A DNA stretch of 64,000 bases, from assembly GCA_963665815.1 (NCBI GenBank), contig OY762463.1, forward strand, positions 544,001 to 608,000. The letters run 5' to 3'. The DNA is from Candidatus Cloacimonadales bacterium. GTDB taxonomy: Bacteria; Cloacimonadota; Cloacimonadia; Cloacimonadales; JAIOQZ01. The position numbers and the translations under genes are program-made. Position 1 is the stretch's first letter. Every line of letters begins with the position of its first letter. A model generated the notes under the pieces. That model ran no database searches, was not told where the DNA came from, and was given only the letters and a program-made list of their open reading frames with translations. Shown here one piece after another: positions 43,227-52,768 of this stretch.

Positions 43227-43766
43227 ATGAAAAAATTTTTAGTTTCAATTTTATTTGTCTTATTTGTATTTACCGGGCTTTTTGCTGATGCTGCGGTTTT
43301 CTATAATCCGCTTGCACATTATGTTGCAAATGCGAAGAATATTGCATTTGAAGGTGAGATTAACCCTAATACCACTTTCTCTCTATATTATGCAGATACC
43401 GGAATTACAGCACCGGAATATGATGACGTTTGGGTAATATTCTCAGAGCAATACATTGGGGTAAACAGATATTTTAATAAAGCATTTCAAGGTCCATATC
43501 TTGGTCCACAACTCATTTTAACAACAGGATCAATCACAGGGAAAAGCAATTCATTTTACGATTTTTCAAATGTTACTCTCGCAGTAGAAGGCGGTTATGC
43601 TTTGAGATCAGGTAAATTATGTTTAACTCCATTTGCAAAAGTCGGTTATATCTTCACACACAACTTCTACGGACAATTACAGGAATTTGGATCAGGAGAA
43701 GTCGACAAATTAGAACTTGTTGATTTTTCATTCAACTATGGTCTCAAGATTGGAGTTGTATTCTAA
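43227..43766 (+). CDS. Small outer-membrane beta-barrel protein (DUF3575-like)
   Basis: Signal peptide, alternating beta strands (G.NRYF...FQGPYLGP), C-terminal YGLKIGVVF; RBS AAGGAG. Confidence 0.7.
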   Translation: MKKFLVSILFVLFVFTGLFADAAVFYNPLAHYVANAKNIAFEGEINPNTTFSLYYADTGITAPEYDDVWVIFSEQYIGVNRYFNKAFQGPYLGPQLILTTGSITGKSNSFYDFSNVTLAVEGGYALRSGKLCLTPFAKVGYIFTHNFYGQLQEFGSGEVDKLELVDFSFNYGLKIGVVF

Positions 43767-43787
43767 ATAGAAGCACATATATGATCA

Positions 43788-43821
43788 AAGCCTGTTGGAT
43801 ATTCAGCAGGCTTCTTTTTTT
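43788..43821. terminator. Intrinsic terminator between convergent genes
   Basis: AAGCCTGTTG...CAGCAGGCTT hairpin followed by a T tract. Confidence 0.75.
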
Positions 43822-43827
43822 ATAGAA

Positions 43828-45270
43828 TTATTTAAAACTGTTATTGTAAAACTCCATCAGATTACCTGTCTTTCTCTCTCCAAGTTTTTCAAGAATGGAC
43901 AAGTACAACATAAGAGAATACTCATAAGAGTCTTTTTCTGAATTACAATTATAATAATGAGGTTTGAACTCATCATTCAGGGCAAAATGAGCATAACACA
44001 AAGAGCAAATCTCTTTTATCCAGCAATTCGAGCAGTACTTTTCTTTGAAATCAAAGAATTTCTGCAACATACTCTTTATTTTACTACGATTCACCCATGA
44101 ATCAACATTACCTATCCTGAAACTGTGATCCATCTTTTCGCATACATAGAAATCACCATTAGTTGTGACCATAAGACTTCCATCTTCTGTATCAAGACAT
44201 ATTCCGCCCTTCCTGTAACTATTCTTTCTGAAGTGTATTCTCAACAAGTTCTTCACCGTTTCATCATCAAAGAAATCAAGTCTTTTACTTATAACTCGCT
44301 CAAGTAGATTGTCAAACCTGCTTCTTTTGTATTCATTGGATAGATTTTCATAATATTCTCTATTTTCAGCGAATTTGACTCTTTCATCATGTTTACATAC
44401 AATCATTGAGATTTTCTTAAGCTTATACTCAGGGTTGTTTTCACGATATTTCATCAGTTCCAGATAATCCTCTGTTGTTTCAATTGTAGAAACAAAGTTA
44501 AGTCTTTCTTTGCAAAAATCAGGATACCTTTTCTGAAACAGCTTTATATTATTCATTACCTTATCATATGTTGGCTGATTACAAAGATCTACTCTATTTT
44601 TATTATGCATTTCTTTGGGACCATCTACAGTTACAAGAATCCTTAGATTGTTTTCAACAATGAAATCCTGCATAGCTTTTGTCATTACAGAACCATTTGT
44701 AGTAAAATGATATTCAATATCCAAATCAATTTTATTGATCTCCTCCACGAAGTACTTGATAAGATCAAAATTTAGACAAGGTTCTCCACCGTAAAATCCT
44801 ATTGTCAGCATATCTCCGGCAGTATAAATTTTTTTTATCCATCCTAAGACTTTATTGGCTGTTTCGAATGTCATATTTTCATTGGACAAGTCTTTAGTAT
44901 GGTTATAGTTTTCTCCATATATACAATATTTACATCTGAAGTTGCAGTTATCTGTAACATTAACAGTGAGTAGGTCCGGCTTATAGATACTGTTCTGTTC
45001 TATATTATCCAGAATTTCTATCTTTTTCTTGCGTATATCCTGCCGTACAAATCGTTTACTGAATTCAGAAATATAGTCATATACCTTATCTGCCCCATCT
45101 TCATTATTACTATAACTGATAAAGCTATTCTTAGATAAAGACCATACATTTTCCAGAATATCATCCAGCTTTTGATTTATTTTTAGAATTTCACTTGTAT
45201 CCGAATTATACAGATAATAGTTATCCCTTGTCTTTATTCTCTTCAAATGAGTACTTTCATTGTTTAACAT
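43828..45270 (-). CDS. Radical SAM/SPASM peptide maturase (Cys-rich peptide maturase, CcpM-like)
   Basis: RRE-like N-terminus (KTRDNYYLYN), CNFRCKYC, FYGGEP, SPASM motif GIC..V..NG.FYVCEK..IGNV..CSNCWIKEICSLC..C. Confidence 0.9.
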   Translation of the reverse strand: MLNNESTHLKRIKTRDNYYLYNSDTSEILKINQKLDDILENVWSLSKNSFISYSNNEDGADKVYDYISEFSKRFVRQDIRKKKIEILDNIEQNSIYKPDLLTVNVTDNCNFRCKYCIYGENYNHTKDLSNENMTFETANKVLGWIKKIYTAGDMLTIGFYGGEPCLNFDLIKYFVEEINKIDLDIEYHFTTNGSVMTKAMQDFIVENNLRILVTVDGPKEMHNKNRVDLCNQPTYDKVMNNIKLFQKRYPDFCKERLNFVSTIETTEDYLELMKYRENNPEYKLKKISMIVCKHDERVKFAENREYYENLSNEYKRSRFDNLLERVISKRLDFFDDETVKNLLRIHFRKNSYRKGGICLDTEDGSLMVTTNGDFYVCEKMDHSFRIGNVDSWVNRSKIKSMLQKFFDFKEKYCSNCWIKEICSLCYAHFALNDEFKPHYYNCNSEKDSYEYSLMLYLSILEKLGERKTGNLMEFYNNSFK

Positions 45271-45337
45271 AAAAAATCCTTTATTAATTAAAAGAAGAAA
45301 TCTGATTGTTAATTTTGTTTATTAATTAATGATTAAT

Positions 45338-45517
45338 TTACACACCGTTTGCTGTCATTCCGCCGGTTCTTGTAAAACCACCGGTATTATCGTATGCTGA
45401 CGCTGATTTCTCGCCTGATTTTATACATGCTCTTGTGCATGTACATGTACTAGAAGTCCCTGCTTCTCCAGTAGCCCCTGAGGATACTATAGTTACATCA
45501 TTTAACAAATTTGACAT
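45338..45517 (-). CDS. Putative RiPP precursor peptide (59 aa, CTCTRAC)
   Basis: RBS AAAGGAG before ATG 45517; Ser/Thr/Gly/Cys-rich; directly upstream of the maturase (ORF extends to 45565). Confidence 0.8.
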   Translation of the reverse strand: MSNLLNDVTIVSSGATGEAGTSSTCTCTRACIKSGEKSASAYDNTGGFTRTGGMTANGV

Positions 45518-45565
45518 CTTATCTCCTTTCCCTACTACCCGAATCAGATTTCTTCTACTTTCCAT

Positions 45566-46540
45566 TTATATTGTATATTTGTATATCTTCTCCATTCTGA
45601 TATCGACAATGAACACATATTCATCAGTAATAACAACTGAAGACTCAAAAATTCTGTGTTTTTCAGGTAATTCATACTGCTTTAAAACTTTTCCATTTTT
45701 ATTGATAAGAACCAGACAGGATTGACAAGCCTCTACATTGGTTTTATAGTTTCCGTATTGAATTTCTTTACCATACTTGTTACCATTAATAAATAGCCAG
45801 ATGCCATTATCATTGCTTCCACAAATATATGCTGCCGTCCCATCATCATACTTCAAATCAAGATCAACCAGTTCAAGTATTCGGCTGCTTTCTCCCTCCT
45901 CGAAATATTTAATACTGAATTGATTATCCTTATAGGTAGACGCAAATAAACAATCATCTTCCAACCAGAATGATCGCCCATTCTGATCTTCCTTGAAGTA
46001 TTTCTCAAATCTGGAATACTCTTCAATTTTGTCTTTAGATAGTTTATAAATTTTGTTATCCGGAATCAATTTGTAACCGAAATCTCTACAGTAAACGTTA
46101 CCTCCGGAGACAATTAAATTATCTGTTCTAACATTACTGAATTCACTGATATACTTTCCATCATAATCAAATAAAGATACTCGGGAGTTTCCAATATCGC
46201 ATACATATAGTATTGAATCTTCAGTTCCTGTTATTGAAACAACCTGAAAGAATTCTCCTGGTCCACGCCCTTCATTTCCAAATTTTGAGATGAGACTTAA
46301 ATCATCAACATTGTACATGTAAATACCATTAAACTCATCTGCGACGTATAAACGATCATCAATTACAGTTAAATCCATTGCAAAAGACATATCAAAATCC
46401 AGACTATCAGCAGAGGTTAAATACTTGATTGAGTCATTACTATCAGAGCATGAAATTATGAGAAAACAATTAACTGAAAGCATGAGAAACATAACAATAA
46501 AATGAAGTCTTCCTTGTGATTCTACATTAACAATATTCAT
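45566..46540 (-). CDS. 6-bladed beta-propeller (NHL-type) lipoprotein
   Basis: Lipobox IISC; FGNEGRGPGEF, LYVCDIGNSRVSLFDYDGKY. Confidence 0.82.
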   Translation of the reverse strand: MNIVNVESQGRLHFIVMFLMLSVNCFLIISCSDSNDSIKYLTSADSLDFDMSFAMDLTVIDDRLYVADEFNGIYMYNVDDLSLISKFGNEGRGPGEFFQVVSITGTEDSILYVCDIGNSRVSLFDYDGKYISEFSNVRTDNLIVSGGNVYCRDFGYKLIPDNKIYKLSKDKIEEYSRFEKYFKEDQNGRSFWLEDDCLFASTYKDNQFSIKYFEEGESSRILELVDLDLKYDDGTAAYICGSNDNGIWLFINGNKYGKEIQYGNYKTNVEACQSCLVLINKNGKVLKQYELPEKHRIFESSVVITDEYVFIVDIRMEKIYKYTI

Positions 46541-46807
46541 ATTACACCTTTTTATGGATTAAGTCCATATATTTTTCTACAAGAAATGCCTTATTTGTTA
46601 AGACCTTTGCATAATTGTTAAATCAAAAAAAATCAACCAGTATGTAAGCTCTTATATTATCATTTTTTTACTAAAGATTCATTTTTATGTCAATAAAAAA
46701 AATATTCCGGATAGAGATTTATCAATACTTGAAATGAATATAAAAATGAAAGCTAAATATAGGTAAAAATTCAGAAAATACAGTATTATAAATAGTTATA
46801 TTAAATG

Positions 46808-48346
46808 CTAATTCTTAATCTTAACTGACAACTCCGTTATCCTGTTACCATTAACAGCATAAAGGCATTTTTTAACATGATCATACTCACTGATCATTTC
46901 GATATCATCCATAAAGGAATACGTTGATATTACCTTTCCGTCAACACTACTTACAAACTCTATTTTCATGCCGGTTATTCTCAACAATACACTATTCTTC
47001 AGTCTTTTCTCTTCAAAGAAAGATATCTGAATCGGGAAGACAGTCTTTCCCAGTCTTTTAACCGGATTATATTCTACTGATTTTCTCCAGATTTCTTCAC
47101 CTGTTTTTCTGTTAATGCAAATCTCTTCTTTTTTTCCGCATAACAGAATTCTATTGCCATCAATGAGTTCTGTATGTAAAATATTTTGTCCTGCTGCATA
47201 TTCCCATTTCTTTCTGAAACTCCTTCTCATATAAGCAGTCAAAGTATTACCTGTACAAACATAAAGATGTTTTATGTCAAACATTGGACTGGAGCATACA
47301 CTATTTTCCATCACAATAGAATCCGTGCTTTCAACAATAATTTCTTTCGCAGGCTGAGTCATTTTACTGAGATAATCCTGAATAAACTCTTCTACTTTTT
47401 CTTTCTCAAACTTCGGATACAATTCTTTCATTCTTGTTGTTACATTAAGAGTAATATCTTCAATATCAGTATTTCTGATGTTCTCCTGAATAAGTGTCTT
47501 AAGGATTGAAAGCTGATTCTCAACTTCTCTATTGCCGAACATATTGTACATAACAGATGATATCAGAAGAGCAGTAATAATGATTGTTCCTATAGTTTGA
47601 GCCTTTATCTTGAAGAAAGATTTCCCTTTCTCGTATTTTGCCGGAACAGTAAACAAACAGTATGGATAAGGATTAATAAGATATACTTCTTTCAGATTCT
47701 CCTCAATTGTTCTTGGATGAATTCCTTTTGCCAGAAGTTTTTCAGTTGCACCTGAAAACAGAATTGTAAACATTTCTGCATCAGTTAACTCAACTTTATA
47801 TACTGGTATTTTAATATCAACGCTTTCTGCACCTAAGAGATTAAGTTCTTTCTGGGATTTTACTCTGGCATTATCCCACTTCTCACCTATTTGACTGAAG
47901 AGATCTTCTTCAGAATTTCTTTTTACAATACCACAAAGCATTCTCCCAAACTGTACAATGTATATTCTGTTCTCATAACTCATCATGAAGCATAAAGAAA
48001 GCCCCTTCTCATTAACTTTTGAGAAGATGTTTTTGTTTTTCTCAGATAGATTCTCAGCTGTCTTGAAAGCAATCTGTTTGAACAGATTGCTTAACTGCCA
48101 GTTCAGTTTCTGAAAAACATCTTTCAACTGAGATTCAATGCCTGATTCTTTCCAGTCATTTTTCAGCAGCTCATTCAGAATAATCTGATTAATCTGTTTT
48201 AATCTGTAATCAGAGTTATATGAATGAGTAAGTAAAGCAAAATTGCGATTCCTGTTCTGAAAAAAATCAGTATATACATAGTAATTGTTTACGGAATCAT
48301 TATTCTCCTGACTATTATTCTCGGAAAATGCCTGCAGACACAGCAT
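46808..48346 (-). CDS. Membrane protein with PP2C-like N-terminal fold and PQQ/BamB-like beta-propeller C-terminus
   Basis: LSLCFMM...RIYIVQFGR resembles PP2C strands; one TM; WEY / TGEEIW propeller motifs. Confidence 0.5.
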   Translation of the reverse strand: MLCLQAFSENNSQENNDSVNNYYVYTDFFQNRNRNFALLTHSYNSDYRLKQINQIILNELLKNDWKESGIESQLKDVFQKLNWQLSNLFKQIAFKTAENLSEKNKNIFSKVNEKGLSLCFMMSYENRIYIVQFGRMLCGIVKRNSEEDLFSQIGEKWDNARVKSQKELNLLGAESVDIKIPVYKVELTDAEMFTILFSGATEKLLAKGIHPRTIEENLKEVYLINPYPYCLFTVPAKYEKGKSFFKIKAQTIGTIIITALLISSVMYNMFGNREVENQLSILKTLIQENIRNTDIEDITLNVTTRMKELYPKFEKEKVEEFIQDYLSKMTQPAKEIIVESTDSIVMENSVCSSPMFDIKHLYVCTGNTLTAYMRRSFRKKWEYAAGQNILHTELIDGNRILLCGKKEEICINRKTGEEIWRKSVEYNPVKRLGKTVFPIQISFFEEKRLKNSVLLRITGMKIEFVSSVDGKVISTYSFMDDIEMISEYDHVKKCLYAVNGNRITELSVKIKN

Positions 48347-48355
48347 AATAGCCTC

Positions 48356-49438
48356 CTATGTCCACCATCTGAAAAATGATCTGTAAGTAACTCTTATTAA
48401 TGTAGGAATATCCATCAGCATGTTTGTGTAAGATGCGTTGGCAAGAGGACAATAGCATTCTTTATTTTTTATGGCTATTCTCTCTTTAACCATTTCCTTT
48501 GAGTTCCATATCTTCCTGAAGTTATATTTATGGTCCCTGAGATTCCCTACTGATTTTGCTTTTATACAACATGCCCATACTTCTCCATCCGGAGAAATCT
48601 GTACAGAAGTAATACCTGCATAACATGGAATAATCTGAGTTTTATCTCTGAGTATTTTCTTTACCAGATTGTAATATTCTATCCTGAATGCCTGAGTAAT
48701 CTTGGACATCCCGGTGTATTTGTTGTTTTTAATCCTGTGAATAAGAAAATCTATGGCAGAACGATAATCCAAAACCGTTGGAGTAATTCCGGAACCAATA
48801 GTATCCAGCTCAACTCGTTCTTCTGCAATCTCAGTAATGTAAGAATCAGGTTCCATATTCATTAGGGTATTTGCTATTTTTGCAAAGTTCTTAACATTGA
48901 ATCTGGAGATGACAGTATGGAATCCTATTGAGAAGTTAGGAGATTCTATCTCTCTGAGACGCTTATAAGTAGCAAGGACTTTCTCATAATTACCTTTAAC
49001 ATTTCTGATATTATCATGTTCTTCAGCAATGCCATCAATTGAGAGATTTATAATGATCTGTGTTTTCTTACAGTAATTTACTATTTCCAATACGCTCTGA
49101 GCAATTTTATCTGTCAAAATTCCGTTTGTTGGAATATTAATTATTTTAGGGCGACAGTAATCATATGCCATTTTGCAGATTTCTACTATTTCCTTATGAA
49201 GAAATGGTTCCCCACCACTTAATGTAAACCAGTATGGAGAATGACTGATGGACTTAAATACTTTTCTGTATTCATCCAGAGTAAAATTATCTGCTTTTTT
49301 GCGATAGATATTACATGTACTGCACTTTGAGTTACATCTATATGTAAGACTGATTGTGTAATTCATCGGCATTATTCTTGGAAAACCAAGAGCTCTGAAA
49401 CATTTATAAGCAAATATTTTAGGAATTATTTCCAACAT
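48356..49438 (-). CDS. Radical SAM protein with SPASM/Twitch domain
   Basis: CNSKCSTC, SGGEPF, SIDG, CYAG...ISPDGEVWAC..GNL. Confidence 0.9.
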   Translation of the reverse strand: MLEIIPKIFAYKCFRALGFPRIMPMNYTISLTYRCNSKCSTCNIYRKKADNFTLDEYRKVFKSISHSPYWFTLSGGEPFLHKEIVEICKMAYDYCRPKIINIPTNGILTDKIAQSVLEIVNYCKKTQIIINLSIDGIAEEHDNIRNVKGNYEKVLATYKRLREIESPNFSIGFHTVISRFNVKNFAKIANTLMNMEPDSYITEIAEERVELDTIGSGITPTVLDYRSAIDFLIHRIKNNKYTGMSKITQAFRIEYYNLVKKILRDKTQIIPCYAGITSVQISPDGEVWACCIKAKSVGNLRDHKYNFRKIWNSKEMVKERIAIKNKECYCPLANASYTNMLMDIPTLIRVTYRSFFRWWT

Positions 49439-49441
49439 AAC

Positions 49442-50332
49442 TTAGACCTTCCTGGATAAATTCTTTGTAGACTCGGCAATATCCCATTTAAAAGGATTCT
49501 TCTTGAGCAGATTGAAATCAATCCAGCCAAGAACTCTTCCGTATATTTCAAGCATCATTGTTGCTGCAAGTCTGCAAGTATTCATTGGGTGAATTGCAAT
49601 CTCTGCCAACATAATTTCCAGAAGAAGCATGGAATTTTGAGATGTAACCTGATAATTGTGCTCTTTCTTCAACCAGATATGACCGGCAGCAATTCTTCTT
49701 CTCTGCTTAATAAAATCTTCGATATTTTCAGGACCTTTATTGTGTACAATTGCTGAAGGAATATAAACTTTCCTGAGACCCTGTTCTTTTATCACAGCTT
49801 CTATACTGGCTTCATCAACCGCACTTTCTTCCGGAATGGATTTTACAACATTCCTGAAAGCAATCATTTCACCCAGTTTGGGCTCATGTAATGCCATAAT
49901 ATGATGAAAATGCCACATGATATTTACAGCATAGCCTACCAGTGTATCATCCGGGTTTTCAGGTACAGGTCTTCCCCCGCTCATGCCAACTTCGGGATTA
50001 TCAAACACTGAAATCATTTTTTCTACCGTTGTTGGAGCAGGAATAGTATCACCGCTCTCAATTACGAGTGTTTCTGAATTTGCAGCTTCCAGAAACATGT
50101 TTATTGCAGCGGATTTTCCACGTCTTTCAGGTTCTGTAATCAACTTTATACGCTTATCTTTCTGTTCATATTCTTTGACAATATCATCTGTTCGATCTGT
50201 ACAGGCACTGGATACAACGAAAATTTCTTTAATACAGACTTTCTCAAGCTCCTGTTTCAAAAGTGCATCAAGCAGCTTGGAAATATTCTTTTCCTCATTG
50301 TATACAATAACGCCTATACTACAGTTAATCAT
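49442..50332 (-). CDS. Glycosyltransferase family 2
   Basis: IVYNEE, CTDRT, RRGKSAAIN, QRRR; start overlaps the nusB stop. Confidence 0.88.
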   Translation of the reverse strand: MINCSIGVIVYNEEKNISKLLDALLKQELEKVCIKEIFVVSSACTDRTDDIVKEYEQKDKRIKLITEPERRGKSAAINMFLEAANSETLVIESGDTIPAPTTVEKMISVFDNPEVGMSGGRPVPENPDDTLVGYAVNIMWHFHHIMALHEPKLGEMIAFRNVVKSIPEESAVDEASIEAVIKEQGLRKVYIPSAIVHNKGPENIEDFIKQRRRIAAGHIWLKKEHNYQVTSQNSMLLLEIMLAEIAIHPMNTCRLAATMMLEIYGRVLGWIDFNLLKKNPFKWDIAESTKNLSRKV

Positions 50333-50789
50333 CTTTCTTTCCCTTATCATCCCTGTTTTCATGGGCGATTGTATTCAATACACCATTTATGAATTTCCCG
50401 GATTTATCAGAACAGAATTTCTTGGCCACTTCTATAGCCTCATTTATGATTATCGGAGACGGTACCTCTGAAAAAAGAATCTCACCTGTAGCAATTCTCA
50501 TAATATTTTTGTCGAGAATAGCTATTCTGTCAAACTTCCAGTTCTTGGCGTATTTACCGATTTCTTCATCTATTGCTTCTATGTTTGATAAAGTTGTTTT
50601 TAGAAGATTATCGGCAAAAGTGAATATTCCACTTTCGATTTCAATATTGTTTGACTCTGCCACATCGTTCAACACTTCAGTATATTGTCCGATGTATGCC
50701 AGATTGCCAAGAACCGGATCCTCTTCGTTGAAGTCCAGTATGTATAATGTCTGTAAAGCTACTTCTCGAGCTTTTCTGCGAATTCCCAT
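50325..50789 (-). CDS. nusB: Transcription antitermination factor NusB
   Basis: RRKAREVALQ.LY, W...RIA.LD..I.R, INEAIE.AK.F, FINGVL. Confidence 0.95.
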   Translation of the reverse strand: MGIRRKAREVALQTLYILDFNEEDPVLGNLAYIGQYTEVLNDVAESNNIEIESGIFTFADNLLKTTLSNIEAIDEEIGKYAKNWKFDRIAILDKNIMRIATGEILFSEVPSPIIINEAIEVAKKFCSDKSGKFINGVLNTIAHENRDDKGKKDD

Positions 50790-50794
50790 AATTC

Positions 50795-51256
50795 TTATAT
50801 TTCCTTGTAAAGATTAATCATTTCAATACAACTTAACGCTGCATCCCAGCCTTTATTTCCTACTTTTGTTCCTGCTCTTTCAATTGCCTGCTCTATACTG
50901 TCAGTTGTAAGAACACCAAATAGTACTGGAATACCTGTCTGGAGACTCACGTTTGCAATACCTTTACTTACTTCCGCACTTACATAATCAAAATGAGGAG
51001 TTGCTCCACGAATAACAGTACCAAGACAGATTACGGCATCATATTTCTTTGTGTCTGCAATCTTTTTAGCTGTAAGAGGTATTTCAAAAGCACCGGGTAC
51101 CCAGTAAATACTCATATCATCATTGTCTACTCCATGTCTGACAAGACAATCTATAGCACCATCCATAAGTTTGGAATTGATGAACTCATTAAATCTGCTG
51201 ACAACTAATGCAACCTTGATTCCTTCAGCATTAAGTTTTCCTTCTATAATTTTCAT
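50795..51256 (-). CDS. ribH: 6,7-dimethyl-8-ribityllumazine synthase
   Basis: [43 protein letters not shown]. Confidence 0.97.
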   Translation of the reverse strand: MKIIEGKLNAEGIKVALVVSRFNEFINSKLMDGAIDCLVRHGVDNDDMSIYWVPGAFEIPLTAKKIADTKKYDAVICLGTVIRGATPHFDYVSAEVSKGIANVSLQTGIPVLFGVLTTDSIEQAIERAGTKVGNKGWDAALSCIEMINLYKEI

Positions 51257-51426
51257 TATATCTCCTTGAGTAATAAGATTACGTCAATTCTGAAACCGAT
51301 TTAAAGCATTCAATTCATAACATTTCAGTCTCGGAATTTCAATATTGTATAATCATTCAACATTGTTTTTCTGTCAATAATCATTTTCAGCAACCATGAT
51401 CAAACTGATTCAAAACAGTAATTGAC

Positions 51427-52548
51427 TTACTGGACAAAATCGTATTTGTATTTGTATTTCCTGATTGATTCCGCAATTGCATTTACAAGCTTGTCCTGGA
51501 AATTTGATGAACTGAGTAGTTTTGCTTCTTTGTAATTAGTGATAAATCCCAATTCCACCAGAACTGCAGGCATGAATGCGCCACGCAATACATAGAAATT
51601 AGCCTGTTTAACTCCTCTGTCCTTCAATCCGCTGACTGATACGAGACTCTTCTGCAATCTGACCGCAAGGTCACTGCTTTCTCTTAACTGCTCTGTCTGC
51701 TCCATATCCATCAGGATAAATGATAAGTCATCGTACTTTTTAAGAGCTGATTCACCACCCTCATACTTTGAAACAACAGAGTTCTCCAGAGCTTCAACAG
51801 CTCGAGCTTCGTCTGTTTTAGCGGTAGAAAGGAAAAATACTTCTATTCCTGAAGCTTTCTTAGATCGAGATGCATTGCAGTGTAGAGAAATGAATAAATC
51901 GCTATGAGTGTCATTTGCCATTTTTGTTCTGTTCTGCAAGGATACAAATTTATCTGAATCTCTGGTGAGAATAACCTCTACATTGAGTTCTTTCTGAAGC
52001 TTGGCTTTCAGCTTTCGAGCAACATCCAGAACAATCTTCTTTTCTCTTGTTCCTGTTGATCGACCTACTGCACCAGGGTCCTTTCCACCATGTCCGGCAT
52101 CTAATACAATTCGTCGAATAGAGTTATCAATCGGAGTCTTGACATGAATAGAGAAATCTTTCTGTCTGATGAAATTTTCTTTGAACAGTTCAGGAAAAAC
52201 TCTTTGGAAGAAAGTAAGAGGAAGATACATCTTACCGCTGTGGTATTTTAAAGGGTAAGTCATATTGTAAAAATCTGAAGATGCCTGTAAGTATGGAGAA
52301 TTGATCAGAAAAATAATCTGCTGATTGTAAAGAGTTACGTACAACCTCTGATCATCAATATCTTCTCTGATAGATGCATGAAAAGCTTTGTTCAGCTCAA
52401 ACGCATTGAAATAGTACAGAGAATCGATACTTACTACCTTGATTTCCTCAGTGTTTACCGGTTTATCAAAATGAATATTATAGCAGGAACTACTGAATAA
52501 CAATCCTGCTAACATTACAATAATTATTAATAATACAAGTTTTCTCAA
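51427..52548 (-). CDS. N-acetylmuramoyl-L-alanine amidase (Amidase_3)
   Basis: LDAGHGGKDPGA, TRDSD, FISLHCNA, FYVL...MPAVLVELGF; signal peptide. Confidence 0.93.
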   Translation of the reverse strand: MRKLVLLIIIVMLAGLLFSSSCYNIHFDKPVNTEEIKVVSIDSLYYFNAFELNKAFHASIREDIDDQRLYVTLYNQQIIFLINSPYLQASSDFYNMTYPLKYHSGKMYLPLTFFQRVFPELFKENFIRQKDFSIHVKTPIDNSIRRIVLDAGHGGKDPGAVGRSTGTREKKIVLDVARKLKAKLQKELNVEVILTRDSDKFVSLQNRTKMANDTHSDLFISLHCNASRSKKASGIEVFFLSTAKTDEARAVEALENSVVSKYEGGESALKKYDDLSFILMDMEQTEQLRESSDLAVRLQKSLVSVSGLKDRGVKQANFYVLRGAFMPAVLVELGFITNYKEAKLLSSSNFQDKLVNAIAESIRKYKYKYDFVQ

Positions 52549-52768
52549 ATCTTTACCTCATGAAATGAAAAAATTTAAGATTTACAAAATTGTCAATAAT
52601 ATGTTGTAATTAATGGTGTTTATTGTCGATGAATTTAATATGCACTACTTCAGGCAGAACAGAATATATAGTACGCTAGCATCCCTGCTCGCTTTATCAC
52701 AGCCTGTTAGTTCAGAGAAATATTATTATTGATTCATTTATTCTCAGATATTCAAAGGATTATATTTA

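Noticed and set aside
51257-51426. FMN riboswitch upstream of ribH
   Set aside because: Conserved RFN sequence blocks are absent
52640-52715. IS/MITE end (TTTATCACAGCCTGTTAG)
   Set aside because: Resembles some IS terminal repeats, but no partner end, target duplication or transposase was found
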